Part shown: positions 1-13,029 of the stretch, piece after piece
Layout: each line of letters opens with the position of its first letter
Numbering within the stretch: position 1 is the first letter of the stretch
Assembly: GCF_009914755.1 (NCBI RefSeq)
Contig: NC_060942.1
DNA from: the human T2T-CHM13v2.0 reference genome, Homo sapiens
Direction: 5' to 3' (one strand)
DNA: 64,000 bases
Made by a program: the position numbers and the translations under genes
Notes under the pieces: generated by a model
The model's database searches: none
Seen by the model: the letters and a program-made list of their open reading frames with translations, nothing else
Told to the model about the DNA's origin: nothing

Positions 1-1049
1 TACCTACTAAAAGATAAAATGATTCAAATAATTTTCAAGAAATTTTATTTCATGATCCTTATTTTTAAAATAGTAATTTAGAATATATCTATTTATTTTC
101 ATGATATAAAATTACAGTCACATATGTCATTTTTCTCACTTTAATTAAAATATTTATGTACAGTGTCTTCAACTATGCTTGGTCATTTCTGTGATTCTTG
201 CTTTTTGCCTTTTATTTCAGTCATGAATAGTGTAGAGAACCTGCACTAAATTAAGATCTGTACAAATTGGGTGATGTCGAGTAATTTTTCAAAAAGCGTA
301 GTAGGTTTTATTCTTTCAATCTCCCTGAATCAGTTATGTTTTCCACATTTTAAATTTCTCAATGTTTAAATAATTAAATAACCATATTTTTTTATTCCCC
401 ACAAAGGACTTCTTTACATATAAAACAAAATTTCTCCTCAACAGTTTCACGTAACATAAGTTAGTTTAAGAAAAAATAGAATAAGGGCTTATTTCCTGAC
501 CATTCAAAAAAGAAGAAAGAAAGAAGAGGGACAGAATGCAGAACTGGAGCTGAGAAAACTGATTTTGCAGAGGGATTCCAATGGGGAAAAACAGATATGT
601 AGAAATCGGTAGCTGACTCTTGAAGAGAAATCCTGGAAAGTCAAAGTCAACAAAGAGACATCTTTAAAATGTCTAAAGAAAAAAACTATTTTTAAATGTG
701 TTGAACATATTAAAATATGAAAGAAAAATAAAAGTGATTTAAAGTCAAATAAAAGCTGAGATAATTCTTCATTTGAAAACCAATAAGAAAAAATAAATAG
801 CTAACACTAAAAGTAAGATGTTTAGGCTACAGGAAAATGATGCTAGATGTAAGAACAAAGTTGAAGAGAGAAAGGAAGATCACCAGAAGAGTGAGTGTAT
901 AAATACTGATGACAAATCCACGAGAACAGTGTCTATTTGAGGTAAAAATAGTCATCATAAAAATAATGATAAATATCTACTGGACTTTAAAACACGTAAA
1001 TTATTTTATAACAGTAGCAAAAAAGAGGATTAGAGTTCAAATATATAAT

Positions 1050-1481
1050 TGTCTTAGTCCATTTTGTGTTGCTATAACAGATAAGACTAATTTATAAAGA
1101 AAAGATATGTATTTGGCTTACAATTCTGGTGGTTGAAAAGTGTAATATTGGCCATAAGCATCTGGTGAGGGCCTAAGGCTGCTTCACTCATGATGGAAAG
1201 CAGAAGGGTAGCCAGCATGTGCAAAGATATCAAAGGGCTATAAAGGAAGGAAGAAGAGAAACCAGGGAAGCTGGATTCTTTTTAACAACGCACTCTTGCA
1301 GGAACTAATCCATTCCTATGAGAGGGAGAGCTCAGTCAACCCTATAGAGGGCATTAATTTATTAATGATGGATCCACCCCTGTGACCCAAATACTTCCCA
1401 CGAGGCTGCCCCTCCCAGCACTGCCATGTTGGAGATGAAATTTTAACACAAGTTTTGTCCAGAACAAAGCAAACCACAGCA
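1050..1481 (-). mobile_element. MaLR solo LTR (MST family, MSTB/C-like)
   Basis: Runs from TGTCTTAGTCCATTTTGTGTTGCTATAACAG to AAACCACAGCA with typical MST internal motifs (GGATCCACCCC..TGACCCAAA). Confidence 0.85.
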
Positions 1482-2006
1482 ATGTTTATTTGAATCCTTC
1501 TGCTAAATTATTGAGAAAATCATTTAACAGTATATAAGTAAAACGAAAGGCTACTAAGGGTGAGAAAATGGAATAATAAAAAAGATGATAAATACAAAAT
1601 CAGGTAGGAAAGTTGAAATAAAGGCAAAAAGGAAGCACATAGAACAAATCTTAAAAGAAAGCAAATAGCAAGATATAACCCAACTCTATCAATAATTACA
1701 TTAGATGTAAATGTGCTAAAATCTCCAACTACAATGTAAATATTTTTATACCGAGGTTTCAGTGTCAATTATACATTGTTTACAAGAAACACACATTAAA
1801 TAAATGGAAAGAAGTAAGTTGAAAGTTAAAAGATGAAAATGATATACTATGCAAGCACTAAAAGAAAGCTGATATTGTTATATTAATATCAGACAAAATA
1901 AAACCTAAGACAAGAATTTTTACAAGAGGTAAAGAGGGATGTTTTATAATAATAAAATGCTTAATTCAGATAGGGTATGTTGCAATCTTAAATTTGTGTG
2001 CATTTA

Positions 2007-2010
<4 letters not shown>

Positions 2011-2048
<38 letters not shown>
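2011..2048. repeat. (GT)n microsatellite
   Basis: About 19 GT units, directly visible. Confidence 0.98.
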
Positions 2049-2050
<2 letters not shown>

Positions 2051-2233
2051 TAAGTAGAGAACTAAAAAGTAAAGTAGAAAAATCCACAATAATAGTTGGA
2101 CATTTTAACATAGCTCCTTAAACATAATGAAACAAAAAGACAACATAATTAACAAGTATATAGAAGATTTGAATATCACATTTAAAAACTTGACCTAATT
2201 GGCATATATAGAACATTGCAGCAACAACTGTAG

Positions 2234-2287
2234 AATACTCTCTTACTTTCAAATACTCTCTTACTTTCAGATACTCTCTTACTTTCA
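2234..2287. repeat. 18-bp tandem triplication
   Basis: AATACTCTCTTACTTTCA x3, one mismatch in the third copy. Confidence 0.95.
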
Positions 2288-2989
2288 GTATACCCTAAAG
2301 AGTTACCAAAAGACAGGCAATGACAATATCCTCAAATATCTGAAAAATAAACACCACTTTTCTAATAACACATGGGTACACAAAAGTAACAATGAGAAAT
2401 ATCCTTAACAGGTCAATGATGAAAACACAGTATATCACCACTCACATTGTGCAGTTAAAACAATGTTTTGGAGAAAATACCTTTAAATAAATATTTATCA
2501 AAAAGAAGAATGGTTAAAAATAAATATTAGGCTTCTTATTAGTTATAAAGAAATCCAAGAAATTACTAGCATTTTTCAGTGGGCACAATTAAATTTTGCA
2601 AGACTTTCTGTAAGTCACCAGTGTATATAAATTTTTTGTGATGTCTCATCCCTTTATATTAAGAAATGCAATAGTAAAATAAGCTCTAAACTGAAATGTA
2701 AAAACGGAGAATTAGAAAGAATATTTGATTTATTAGCCTTAAGGAAAATTAGCTGTTTAAACTCCAAAAGCCACATTTAGTTCATGTTTTGGTTCTGACA
2801 ATTATAGGTAGAATGCCATGAAGAATGAATTTTAAACTTGTTTAAATTTTGTTGATCCTCAATTGAACATCAATGGCTCTATGTAATCCTGAATAATAGC
2901 GATCTGGACATCCAGACCAGTAGGTAGTATTTGGCAGGTTAGATCGGCTAGCAAATTCTAAGAAGTTTAATCAGGGATTGGGAGAATCC

Positions 2990-3693
2990 TTTGGGAGAGC
3001 CAGGAGCTCAGGTTTTTCCCAGAGAACAAACTATAACCTAGTACCATTACCATTGCCTTGCATAATCCTGAAGGGGGTTGAGGGGACACACCTGCGGAGT
3101 CAGAGGTTAAAGGGGCAGTTGAGAGGGATCTGGGTATTTGGGAGGAGAAGGGAGGGTGCCCCAGGGGCTGTAGAAGAGGGTGGAGTAGAGATGGAAAGAG
3201 GAGCAAAAGGGGAGACAGGAAAGGGGAGGAAAAGAGTCAACTGTAAATTTGCAAACATGCATGTTACATATGTCCCATGTTCATGATAAGGTAGAAACTT
3301 AACAGTTAAATGCATTAAAATTAGACCCTACATGTCAAAAAATGAAATGGAGAACACAGAGGCATCTTGTGTGCAGCCTCTGTAAACCAGCCAGAGATAG
3401 TCCATGGTCAGTTGTCAATTATCAGAAAGAAATGTAGGTCAGGTGCTGTGTGGAAAATGGCAAAAGGGAGGAAAGTCCAGCAAGTCTTTCAGAAGGGGCT
3501 GGTTTCTGCTTAACCCTTAGGAAAGAAAGTCTAATGGTGGTTAGTGAGGGAGGATGTATAAAGAAGCATGTGTGATCTCCCATCTCGTCATGGCTGGGAT
3601 CTCAGTTTCTAAGGTTTCTCTGGAGTCCCTTTGGCCAAGATGAGTCCGTTCAGTCAGTTGGGGGACTTAGGATTTTATTTTTATTTCTCAACA
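2990..3693 (-). mobile_element. ERV1 solo LTR, MER4 group (MER39-like)
   Basis: Reverse complement of the right end reads TGTTGAGAAATAAAAATAAAATCCTAAGTCCCCCAACTGACTGAACGGAC...TTGGCCAAAGGGACTCCAGAGAAACC. Left boundary uncertain. Confidence 0.75.
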
Positions 3694-3869
3694 GCTACAT
3701 CCAAGGAAGCCATCTCAAGTACATACAATGCACTGAAAACTTGGTCCTCATGCTTATGTGGATGTCCTTTGTATCCTGTGACACTCTCACACCTTTCATC
3801 AATTCATAAAAAAGAACGTTAAAAAAAAAAAAAAGATTTCTCTGCTTCCAAATAGTAGAGAAGGAAACA

Positions 3870-4435
3870 GAGGGAAAAAAGTAACTTTACAATGAAGACC
3901 GCTACACACTGCCTCAGCCAGGTGATCAAGGTTAATGATGAATCTTATTTATAATATGAACCCATGTTATTATGTGAAGAGAATGGCCCTTTACCCCTTG
4001 TGCTCTTTTTTTTTTCCAAAAACACATAACCTCTATTTGACCATGAGAAAAACACTAAACAAAGCCAAATTGAGAGTCATTGTACAAAATTCCTGGCCAC
4101 TACTTGTCAAAATTGCTAAGGCTAACAAAAGCAAGAAAAATCTGAGAAACACTCACAGACTAGAGGAGAGCAAGGAGACATGACAACTAAATGAAGTGTG
4201 GTCCTTGGAAGGGATTCTGAACAGAAAATAGACTTTAGGGACAAACTTGAGGATATCTGAATACAGTAACAAATATGGTTAACACTAATGTACCAATGTT
4301 GGCTCTTTAATTGTGGTAAATGTACCATCCATAATAGAATGTGCTACCAGTAACGAACACTTGGGTTATGGGGTATACTGGGACTCTCTGTACTATTTTT
4401 GTAACTTTGTAAACCTAAATTTACTCTAAAATAAA
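3870..4435 (+). mobile_element. L1MC/L1MD-type 3' end
   Basis: GGAGACATGACAACTAAATG and GGACTCTCTGTACTATTTTTGTAACTT..CTAAAATAAA are typical old L1 3' UTR motifs. Confidence 0.8.
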
Positions 4436-5289
4436 TTTTAATTATGCTTGAAAGCATTTAGCCCTTTTGATTGAGAAGCAATATTTTCTCTAGAGAGAAA
4501 TGTGTTTTTTAAGACATGTTTTGTTCTTTGACATTTATGAGGGAAATAATGCTCTGAAATGTCTCCTTGACTAACATTTCTTTAAAAACTTGTCTGAAAT
4601 TGTTTGTATTTCGTAGTTTTGGAAGAGCAGACAACAGTAGCCTTCCCTATTAATTCTTCATCTTCCTATTGCTTTTATCAATAGGTATATTTTCAGAATC
4701 ACATCTGCAGTTTTCATGGAAAATGCATTGCTCGTTGGCTTCCCGACAATGTTTGAGTAATTGCCTCATGTTTTCCAGCAAGTTGTGAGACCAACTCTGA
4801 GTACGGACATATATCAAAAACAGAACCTAGCAAATGCACTTTAGTAAGGTAACCTGAATAAATAGAGAGAAGTCAGAAGAAGTAAATAGTGATCACCTTA
4901 TCTGTGACACTTTAGCAAAAGTTATCTTAATATTCTACCCAGTAACATCTGCGACTGATTCTAGTGCCATGGTTATAAATTTAAAAAGTGTGCTAGTAAA
5001 GAGTACAACACAAGAACACAAATGATTTCTTGAAACTGGATGTCTTAATTTCTTAAAATGCATTAGAAATTTTGCTTACTTTTACAAACGGCATCTTCGT
5101 TATGTGAATTTTGCTAAATATAGAAAGAAAAAATAATCATCTACATTTGTCAATTTCACATGATCTAATTCCATATATAATATTCAGTGGTAGTTATAAA
5201 ACTTTTAAAAATATGTGTTCAAACAGGATCAAAATGTGAACAATAAAAAAAAAAGACAGTGTAATTTAATCAACCAGCATTCACAAGGC

Positions 5290-5465
5290 TGAGGCTTTGG
5301 ATTGGTCACTTTCACTTATTAACTGTGTGACCTATGCCTGTGACGTCCATCTCTCAATCATTCTCTTCTCACGTAAAACTTGATGGTGATACTATGTTTT
5401 ATATATACCCCAGTGCTTCTGTTAGAGTCAAATACTATGTAATGATTTTTATGAGATATGAAGAG
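5290..5465 (+). mobile_element. MIR fragment
   Basis: Diverged MIR core (CTGTGTGACCT...CTCACGTAAAA...GATACTA). Confidence 0.55.
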
Positions 5466-5579
5466 CTATTCAGCTCTGTCTTTTCTTCTTCACCCTTAAT
5501 ACCTCTACAGTTCTTCTGGTTCTCATAATCTTTACATCATTGAAATGCCTCCTGGTTGCTGCCTAAGCCACCAGACACC

Positions 5580-6050
5580 AAATTCCTACCTAGGGCAAGT
5601 CAACTCTCTGAAATATTATCAAGCTGATCATCTAACAAAAACACCTCACTGATTGGCCAGTAGAAACAAATCCAGCCACCTTGTAAGTTGCTGTGTGATC
5701 GCCCTTCTCTCTATTCACCAAACTCTCTCACATATTACCCCCAGTTCCTCACTAATAGAAATAAAAAGTGCTTATAGTACCGCTAGTTCCTGTGTCTCTG
5801 TCTTTGCTCATGTTTTATTCAATTACCAAGAATGAGTCTTTTAAGTGTTATGACTGCCTCACCCTAGCCCCAAGACAGTGTAGGGTCTCATGAGCTATGC
5901 TTGCATAATGCATTTTTATATCTTTATAATTTCACATTCATATTTGATAGACGTTTATCCTACTGAACTCACGGTCTTAGGGAATTTTGTTGTTGTTGTT
6001 GTTTGAGCCACTAATACAATATTAAGCAGAGGGTCATATTCGATAAAGGT
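5580..6050 (+). mobile_element. L2 3' fragment (highly diverged)
   Basis: Pyrimidine-rich, with an L2-like GTCTTTGCTCATG motif. Confidence 0.4.
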
Positions 6051-6091
6051 TGTGCACTAGAGTTAACATTTAGGATTATAAAATTATTATA

Positions 6092-6826
6092 CAGTTGGCA
6101 CTTGAACAATGTAGAGGTTAGGGTCACTGATCCCTGTCCAGTCAAAAACCCCCCATATAATTTTTGATTCCCGAAATCTTTATTACTAAATCATAAGGAA
6201 TAGAAATATATTTACAGCATTGTGCTGTATTTATCGATATGGAAAGTTTACACCATCTGTTTCCAAGATAAATCATCTGTCTGAAATGGTGAGCAGCCAC
6301 AGCCGCAGACTCAATCTGCAGTACATATCAAGCAATTCACCTTTTTCTTGTAATGTCACGACTTTTCTTTGCTTCTCGGGAGCACTTCTAGCATCACTGG
6401 TGGCACTTCCTATGAGCCCATGGTGTTATTCAAAGTTTACAGTATTGCCCTAAACACAATTAAAAATAGCTGAGAACCACGAACAATCACTTTGTACTGA
6501 CCATGAGAGGTAACTTTTTGCTGTGATACAATTTGCTAGTCAGATGAAATGATCACAAGGAGATGACGTCACGTAGTGTTTTAAGCAAATACTAGCAACA
6601 TTTCATTTCACCCATAGCAATAAGAGGTGGCTATTAAATTATTACAGTAGTACAGTATATGCTAGTTAATTTCATGCAGTTATAATTTAATCCTGCAGTT
6701 TTATGCTTGTTTACATTGCTCTGTGAATGTGTATGGTTTCATGTATGGTCTGTGTGTGTTTATTGAAAACAATTCAGTATAAGTGAACCCACACAGTTCA
6801 AAACCCTGCTGTTCAAGGGTCAACTG
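6092..6826 (-). mobile_element. Tigger2-family non-autonomous DNA transposon
   Basis: Terminal inverted repeats CAGTTGGCACTTGAACA ... TGTTCAAGGGTCAACTG, flanked by TA on both sides (6090-91, 6827-28). Confidence 0.92.
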
Positions 6827-6912
6827 TACTTTCCATTTGGTGGAAAAATTATCTTGTATCTTACAGCCTATATTATAGGCTATGTTTCTGAGAAAACTGT
6901 GTACTTAGAATG

Positions 6913-7010
6913 TGTTGTGGATAGAATATATACTCCCAAAAAAGATATGTTGAAATTCTAACTTCAGTTACTCAGAAAAATGCCCTTATTTGGAATTTGA
7001 GTCATACGTT
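6913..7010 (+). mobile_element. MLT1 LTR 5' fragment
   Basis: TGTTGTGGATAGAAT..CCCAAAAAAGATATGTTGAAATTCTAAC..CTCAGAA..CCTTATTTGGAA resembles the MLT1B/C start. Confidence 0.65.
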
Positions 7011-7374
7011 TCAAATATAATTATTATAGAAATAAATATTCAGTAACAAAAATTTAATACATTACCACTCAATGAGTCAACAATTATAAATAAAGATGAA
7101 GGTACTCATCCAAGAGGATGCATATATACATTGATCTTTTTTAGTTTTCTGATTGAATTAAGGATACACACATGTTCTAAGGCTGGGTTCCAATAGATAC
7201 ACTCTTGGGATTAAAATATGAAACACGGACCACATGTAAGTTAAATAACTGTCATAGTTATGTAATCAAAACACCTATCACCGTATTCATTATTATTCTA
7301 AAGCTAACCCCCTCTTTATGTTCTTAATCCCACCTGCAATAGGCTCATGTTTTACATGTAAACACATTGTCAAT

Positions 7375-8068
7375 TGTTGGAGAAACATAATTAAAATGAA
7401 ATCTCCCAACCCGGAAATCCTCTCCACAAAGGTAAGTAGAGGAAGAAACATTTGTATTATTGAATAAGCATTAAATTAGAATTTGATGCATATCACAGAC
7501 AGTCCACTAAAAGAAGGGAAAGACAGAAGGAAATCTCATCCTTTTATATAGCCAAGCAAATATGACCCATTTCATAGATATTTTCAAGGTACACAATAAC
7601 TAGTCCTCAAATAAGAGGACTTGACAGCACCACTAGCCAAATATAGTTCATCCTAAACTTACCAGAGTCCAATTAGTGTTAGCTAATTGGCTTTATCCAA
7701 AGGAGAAAAAAACTTGTCATATCCTTATTCCATGAAGCGATTTTGCAGTTTGGATAAAAGGATTCACCGAAGTTAGAGTCTTAACTTATCATAGAAACTG
7801 GGATATAGGGGCACTATCTTTCTGCTGTTTACATTTCAAAAAGATGGCTCCCGGGTCCTTGAGAAATATATTTTCGGGCCATAAAGCTGACAAAAAGCCT
7901 CTCTAGTTTTCAAAAGCATTTTTATATACACTTCAAACAGAGAAAGAAGCACCTACAATTACAACTTTTCTAAAGTAAATGTCCTAAGAAAAAAGGAGGG
8001 GGAATAAGTCTCTTCTTTAATTTCAAAAAGGAGAATCAAAATCTCTTATTTTTATTTGTCCTGATACA
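7375..8068 (-). mobile_element. ERV1 solo LTR (MER67-like)
   Basis: TG...CA termini. Reverse complement contains TTTCTCAAGGACCCGGGAGCCATCTTTTTGAAATGTAAAC..AGATAGTGCCCCTAT, recalled as MER67C-type. Confidence 0.75.
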
Positions 8069-8502
8069 ATATTTTATTTTTAAACTCTTTCTCCAGTTTG
8101 AGTCTTTACTCAAAATATATTTAAATCCTTATTTTGTAAAAAAAAAAAAAAAAAAAAAGAATACTTTCTATTATAGGAATCAAAATAATAAATTGTGTTA
8201 ATTAAAACTAAAACATTTATTTTTATTGTATAAAATTACAAACAAATTGTATCATATTGAAAAATAGAATAGACTGAAGTTCTTAATTCTATAATCCTTG
8301 TCAAATTATTTTTTTAGGACAATTTTTTGAGATATTAATGTGTCTGCTATTCTAATTATTTATCTCCCCCATTGAGTCAGTATCCAATCTTTGGCAGTTC
8401 CTTATGAGAGGGTCATTTCAGTTACAGGGCCAAAAACTGAAATTATTTGAATAAAATTATTTTTCTTGATTTCTGTCGGCTCATTGAGAGGCTTAGTCTA
8501 GG

Positions 8503-8560
8503 TTTTCCGAGGGAGGATGCTCTGAAGGAGATTTTCTGAGGGAGGATGCTGTGAAGGAGA
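8503..8560. repeat. 29-bp tandem duplication
   Basis: TTTTCCGAGGGAGGATGCTCTGAAGGAGA / TTTTCTGAGGGAGGATGCTGTGAAGGAGA. Confidence 0.92.
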
Positions 8561-8719
8561 AGCAAAACATGGTGCTGGTTGTGCTCTTCCTCCTTGTGCG
8601 GTTCCTTTCCTCACCTAAGAGGGACTGGCACTCTGCTCCCTTTGCCTACCTTGGAAGCCCTGGTGGTGTATACCTAGGGAGTTGGGTAATGGATATCTAA
8701 GATCCCAGCCTAGGCTAGC

Positions 8720-9060
8720 ATGGGCAAATGATACAGCAGCTCTCACTTTCAGGGGCATGAAATGCCACAAGGTTAGCACCGAGGCTTATGGAGACCAGAG
8801 GATAAATGAAGAACAGCCCTCAAGCGGGTCCAGTAAGTCCATAGGATCATGTGTTTACTCATCCATCTCCAAATACATAATCACTACGAATCTATTAGCA
8901 GATAGAAGAACTTCCACATTGGTTTCTTGACCTTTAATGCCATTATGGTGGGAAGGGCCAAGTAGAAATCCTTGAAAATGTTCATTTTAACCCTCCCCTG
9001 TCACGACAGAAACAAGAGGAAATGCTTAATTTTAGGAAAGTTTCCATAGACAAGTAACAT
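8720..9060 (+). mobile_element. ERVL internal remnant (protease/pol start)
   Basis: GAGGCTTATGGAGACCAG, CCACATTGGTTTCTTGACC and ATTATGGTGGGAAGGGCCAAG match ERVL GAYGGQ / PHIGSLT / IMVGKAKW. Confidence 0.7.
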
Positions 9061-9199
9061 GATCAAAGATGTAAACATAAACCATGCTGGAGAGGCGGCT
9101 TCCCTCATAGTTCTTGTATCAGCAATACAAGAAGCACTTACTGGCTGGTCAGTATAGAGTTAACCACAGAAATGCAAGAGCATAGCCTGGACAGTATGT

Positions 9200-10250
9200 A
9201 GGAGGCTACTACAAAGTCAAGACACATCAGCGTGGCAGTTTGGATTAGGGTGGTAGCAGAAGTATGATAGTATTTGGAAGCAGTGTGAATGAGGATATAT
9301 TTTGAAAGCAAAACTCACAGGACACACAGAACATATGTGTGTATGTTTAGTGGTAAGAAAACAAAGCAGCTAAGGATGCCAAGGTTTTTGATCTCAGAAG
9401 TTTGATAAAGGATAGTGCTACTTCCTAAAACGGGAACCATGGTAAGGAGCAGGATTCAGACAAGGGGAGAACAAGGAGTTCCATATTGGACTTAGTCCAT
9501 TCAGGCTGTTATAATAAAACACCACAGATGGGGAGCTGGGAAGTCCAAGATCGGTATGCCAGCAAAATTGGAGTCCATTGAAGGCCATCTTTCTGGCTCA
9601 TAGATGGCATTTTTTGGCTGTGTCCTCACATATTGGAAGGGTTGAACAAGCCCCCTGGGCCTAGTTTATAAAGGCACTAACCCCACTCCTGAGGGGTCTT
9701 TCCTCTTGACCTACTCACCTCCCAAAAGGCCATAAGACTTAATACTGTCACCTTTGGAATAAGAATTTCAACATATGAATTTTAAGACAACACAAATATT
9801 CAGAACGTTAGCAATTTCTTAATATAGAAGTTTCTAAAAGCACCCTAATAGGGATATTAGATAGAATTGAACACATTGGTCTGAAATTCACGGACAAGGT
9901 AGGGCCTTGGATATCTACTTGGGAATCATCAGCAAAGAGGCTATATTCAAAGCTGTGAAATTGAATGTATTTAGAAAATATGTATAGAGAAGTTGCAATG
10001 ACTGGTCCCTGGTTCTGCCTATCTTTAAAATCAGAAAGAAGAGAAGGAGCAAGGAAAACAGATGAAGAAGAAACATTTAGTGAGGTTGGAATGTGTTGTC
10101 CCCAGGAGCAGAATGAAAGAGATTGCAAATATACTAAACACTGCTGAGAAATCAAGAAAGGTGAGGATTGAGAAAAGATTGTGGTTCTGACTATACAGAA
10201 GTTCTGAAGATTTTTACAGATTCCTGTTCAATGAAAAAGTGAGGGAGTAA
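9200..10250 (-). mobile_element. L2 fragment interrupted by an MLT1A LTR
   Basis: GGATATATTTTGAA, CAAGGTTTTTG and TTGGGAATCATCAGCA motifs. Minus ORF 9808-10155 contains FADDSQVDI (L2 RT YADD-like). Confidence 0.8.
9487..9813 (-). mobile_element. MaLR solo LTR (MLT1A0-like)
   Basis: CTTAGTCCATTCAGGCTGTTATAA...GGGAAGTCCAAGATC...TTTCAACATATGAATTT...TTCAGAACGTTAGCA. Confidence 0.85.
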
Positions 10251-10599
10251 TTCAAAAACAGAACATGAAATTAATGTGCCAAGTATACAAAACTATTTTG
10301 AGTCATGTTGGAAAGACAACAAGAGAGAAGAGATGGCAGTTTGTGGGGGTAATGAGGTCTCCACAGTTATATTACAGTGTGATATACAGCATGACATATC
10401 TATAGCCACACATAAATCTATCTATATTTGTCAATATTTATTTTTATAATTATACATAGAGGATAAACAGAGAAGCTGATAATATAGGAAAAATAAGGAA
10501 AATCTTAAGCGTAAATCTATCAATTAAGCAAGAAGGGAGAGGATGTAGTGGAGATCTTGGTCTTTTATGGGAATAGGTAAAGTGTATTTTATTAATTTT

Positions 10600-10828
10600 C
10601 TTTTAAAATATTTATTTATGGTTTATTTTATTTCCATCACCTCAAGCATTTGTCCTTTCTTTATGTTACAGACAATCTAATTATAATTCTTTTAGTTATT
10701 TTTAAACGTGCAATAAATTATTGTTGATGTAGTCACCTGTTATGCTATCAAATACTAGATCTTATTCAAACTATAATTTTGTACCTATTAACCATCCCCA
10801 CGTCCCCCCCATCCCCACTACCCTTCCA
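10600..10828 (-). mobile_element. L1MA 3' end fragment
   Basis: CCATCACCTCAAGCATTT...TATCAAATACTAGATCTTATTC...TACCTATTAACCATCCCCAC. Confidence 0.8.
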
Positions 10829-10849
10829 CAATTCTAATATCTCTAAATT

Positions 10850-11150
10850 TAAATTGACAAATAATAATTGAATATATTTATGGATACAATGTGATATTCT
10901 GATATATGCTTACAATGTAAAATGATTAAATCAGGCTAAATAAATTCATCACCCCATATAATTAGCATTTCTGTGGTGGAACATTTAAAATACACTAGTT
11001 TTGCAATGTTGAATTATCCAATGCATTATTTATTATAGTTACCAGTCACCAATACATTACTGAATCTTCTATCTTTTGTCTAACCAAAACTTTGTACTCT
11101 TAGATCAATCTCTCTCTGTTCCCCATCCACATCCCCTCCTCTAGTAATCA
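10850..11150 (-). mobile_element. L1MA (L1MA8/9-like) 3' end fragment
   Basis: AATTGACAAATAATAATTG..ATTTATGGATACAATGTGAT..ATGATTAAATCAGGCTAA. Confidence 0.75.
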
Positions 11151-11154
11151 TCAA

Positions 11155-11635
11155 TTTTGTATTGCTGCTACAAATTTCTACAAATTGCTACAAACTTTGT
11201 GACTTAAAACCACACATATTTACCTTACAAGTCTGTTGGTCAGAAGTCTGACAACAATCTCACTGAGTTAAAATGTAGGTGTCAGCCAGATGCCTTTCCT
11301 TGCTGGAAGCTCTGGAGGAAGTCTGTTTCCATGAGCTTACTAGCATTTAGAGACCACTCACATTCTTTGGCTGTGGCATCCTTCCTCTTTTTTTTAAAGT
11401 GAGAAACACATCACATGGCACTGGTCATGCTGCCATAGTCACGTTGCCCTCTGACTCTACTGCCTCCCCCTTCCACTTCTAAGAACTATTTTCGTTATTT
11501 TGGCCCCAGGGAGATAATCTTAGATAATCACCCCATCTCAGATTCCTAGATTTAATCACATCCACAAAGTCCATTTTACCATGTAACGAAGTATACTCCT
11601 GGATATTCCTGAGAGCAATTATTCTGACTATTCCA
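11155..11635 (-). mobile_element. MaLR LTR (MLT1C/D-like)
   Basis: GTCAGAAGTCTGACA, GATAATCACCCCATCTCAGATTCC and TTTAATCACATCCACAAAGTCC motifs. Confidence 0.8.
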
Positions 11636-12349
11636 TTCATTTATCAGCTAAACAGGCAGGAAGATATTACAAACACAGATAAGATGGTAAATGTATTGCT
11701 GAGGAAATGTAGTTCTCAGTTTACTGCCTGTGATTTATCATTGAATTAGGAAGAATAAATATTGGAAGTTTGCTGAAAGGAAAAATCAGTATTTTGGCAT
11801 ATGGGAGAATGAATTAGCTAGGCTAGTATTAGACTTTTTAAATCTTACTTTAACTTTCAGATGACTATTCAACATAGTTGTATATTTTCTCCATTGGATT
11901 TCATATGTTAGTATCTTGTAGATGGATATTTGGGTTAACCACGTGAACAAGAGGAGAAACAAGGCACTTGAGGATGTATAAAGAAGAATGTTTATCACCA
12001 TGAACAATTATACCCTGCCTATGCAATAGGACATGAAAATACAAGGGCAATAATGAGCACTAACATGGTAGATTAGAGACCCTAATGTGTAAGAGTTTTG
12101 AAAATGATCAGCTCTAGGAGTAGAGATAAGAAAGAATCAGACAGTGTGATAGTTAATATTTTTTAAATGGAACTGGCATAATTATTATTAAAGGCCAAGT
12201 AAAAGATATGACCTTGGGAGTAGGCCTGAAATCTTGGTAGAGAAAATATGGTCAGAAGTTCAAAAGTAAAAAAAAACAAGAAGCTGCCATTCCCCACATC
12301 TGTGTGTCTGTAAGAACATGCATGTGTCTTCCTTTCATTCATTCTTTTG

Positions 12350-12412
12350 TTTTCTTTCTTCCTGCCTGCCTGCCTTCCTTCCTTCCCTTTCCTTCCTTCC
12401 TTCCTTCCTTTT
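12350..12412. repeat. (CCTT/CCTG)n simple repeat
   Basis: Directly visible. Confidence 0.9.
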
Positions 12413-13029
12413 TTTCATTATTTTTTATTTTTAATCGACAAATAATAATTGTACATATTTATGGGGTACAATGGATGTAATACATGTATTCATTGTCTAA
12501 TGACTAAATTAGGGTAATTAGCACATCTATCGCCTCAAGCATTTATCATATCTTTATGGTGGGAATATTCAAAATCCTCTCTTCTAGCTATTTTGAAATA
12601 TAATGTATTGTTGAGTTTACTGTGCAGCAAAACTCCAGAACTTATTCTTCCTTTCTAATTGTAACTTTATATCCTTTGACCAGCCTCCCCCATTCTTCCT
12701 TTCCCTCGCCCCTTCTCCATCTCTCCCCTTCCCCATCTCTAGAAACTACTATTTTATTCACTACTTCTATGAGATCAACTTCTTTAGATTTCACATATGA
12801 GTAACATCACTTGGCATTTGTCTTTCTGGGTCTGGCTCATCTCACTTAACATAATGACCTCCAGTTCCAAGCATTTGTTGCAAATGGAAGGACTTCATTC
12901 TTTTTTATGTAGGAATAATATTCCATTGTGTATATATACCATATTTTCTTTATCTATTCACCCACTGATGGACACTAGGTTGACACCATATCTTTGCTAT
13001 TGTGAATAGTGCTGCAATAAACGTGGAAG

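Larger units (their letters stand above)
1560..2530 (+). mobile_element. Old L1M fragment, ORF2 endonuclease region (decayed)
   Basis: ~1688-1727 reads SIITLDVNVLKSP, matching the L1 ORF2 start (ISIITLNVNGLNSP). A-rich strand, many stops. Confidence 0.8.

Noticed and set aside
2234-2287. Short direct repeats as a CRISPR-like array
   Set aside because: No spacers, eukaryotic context. Simple slippage duplication.
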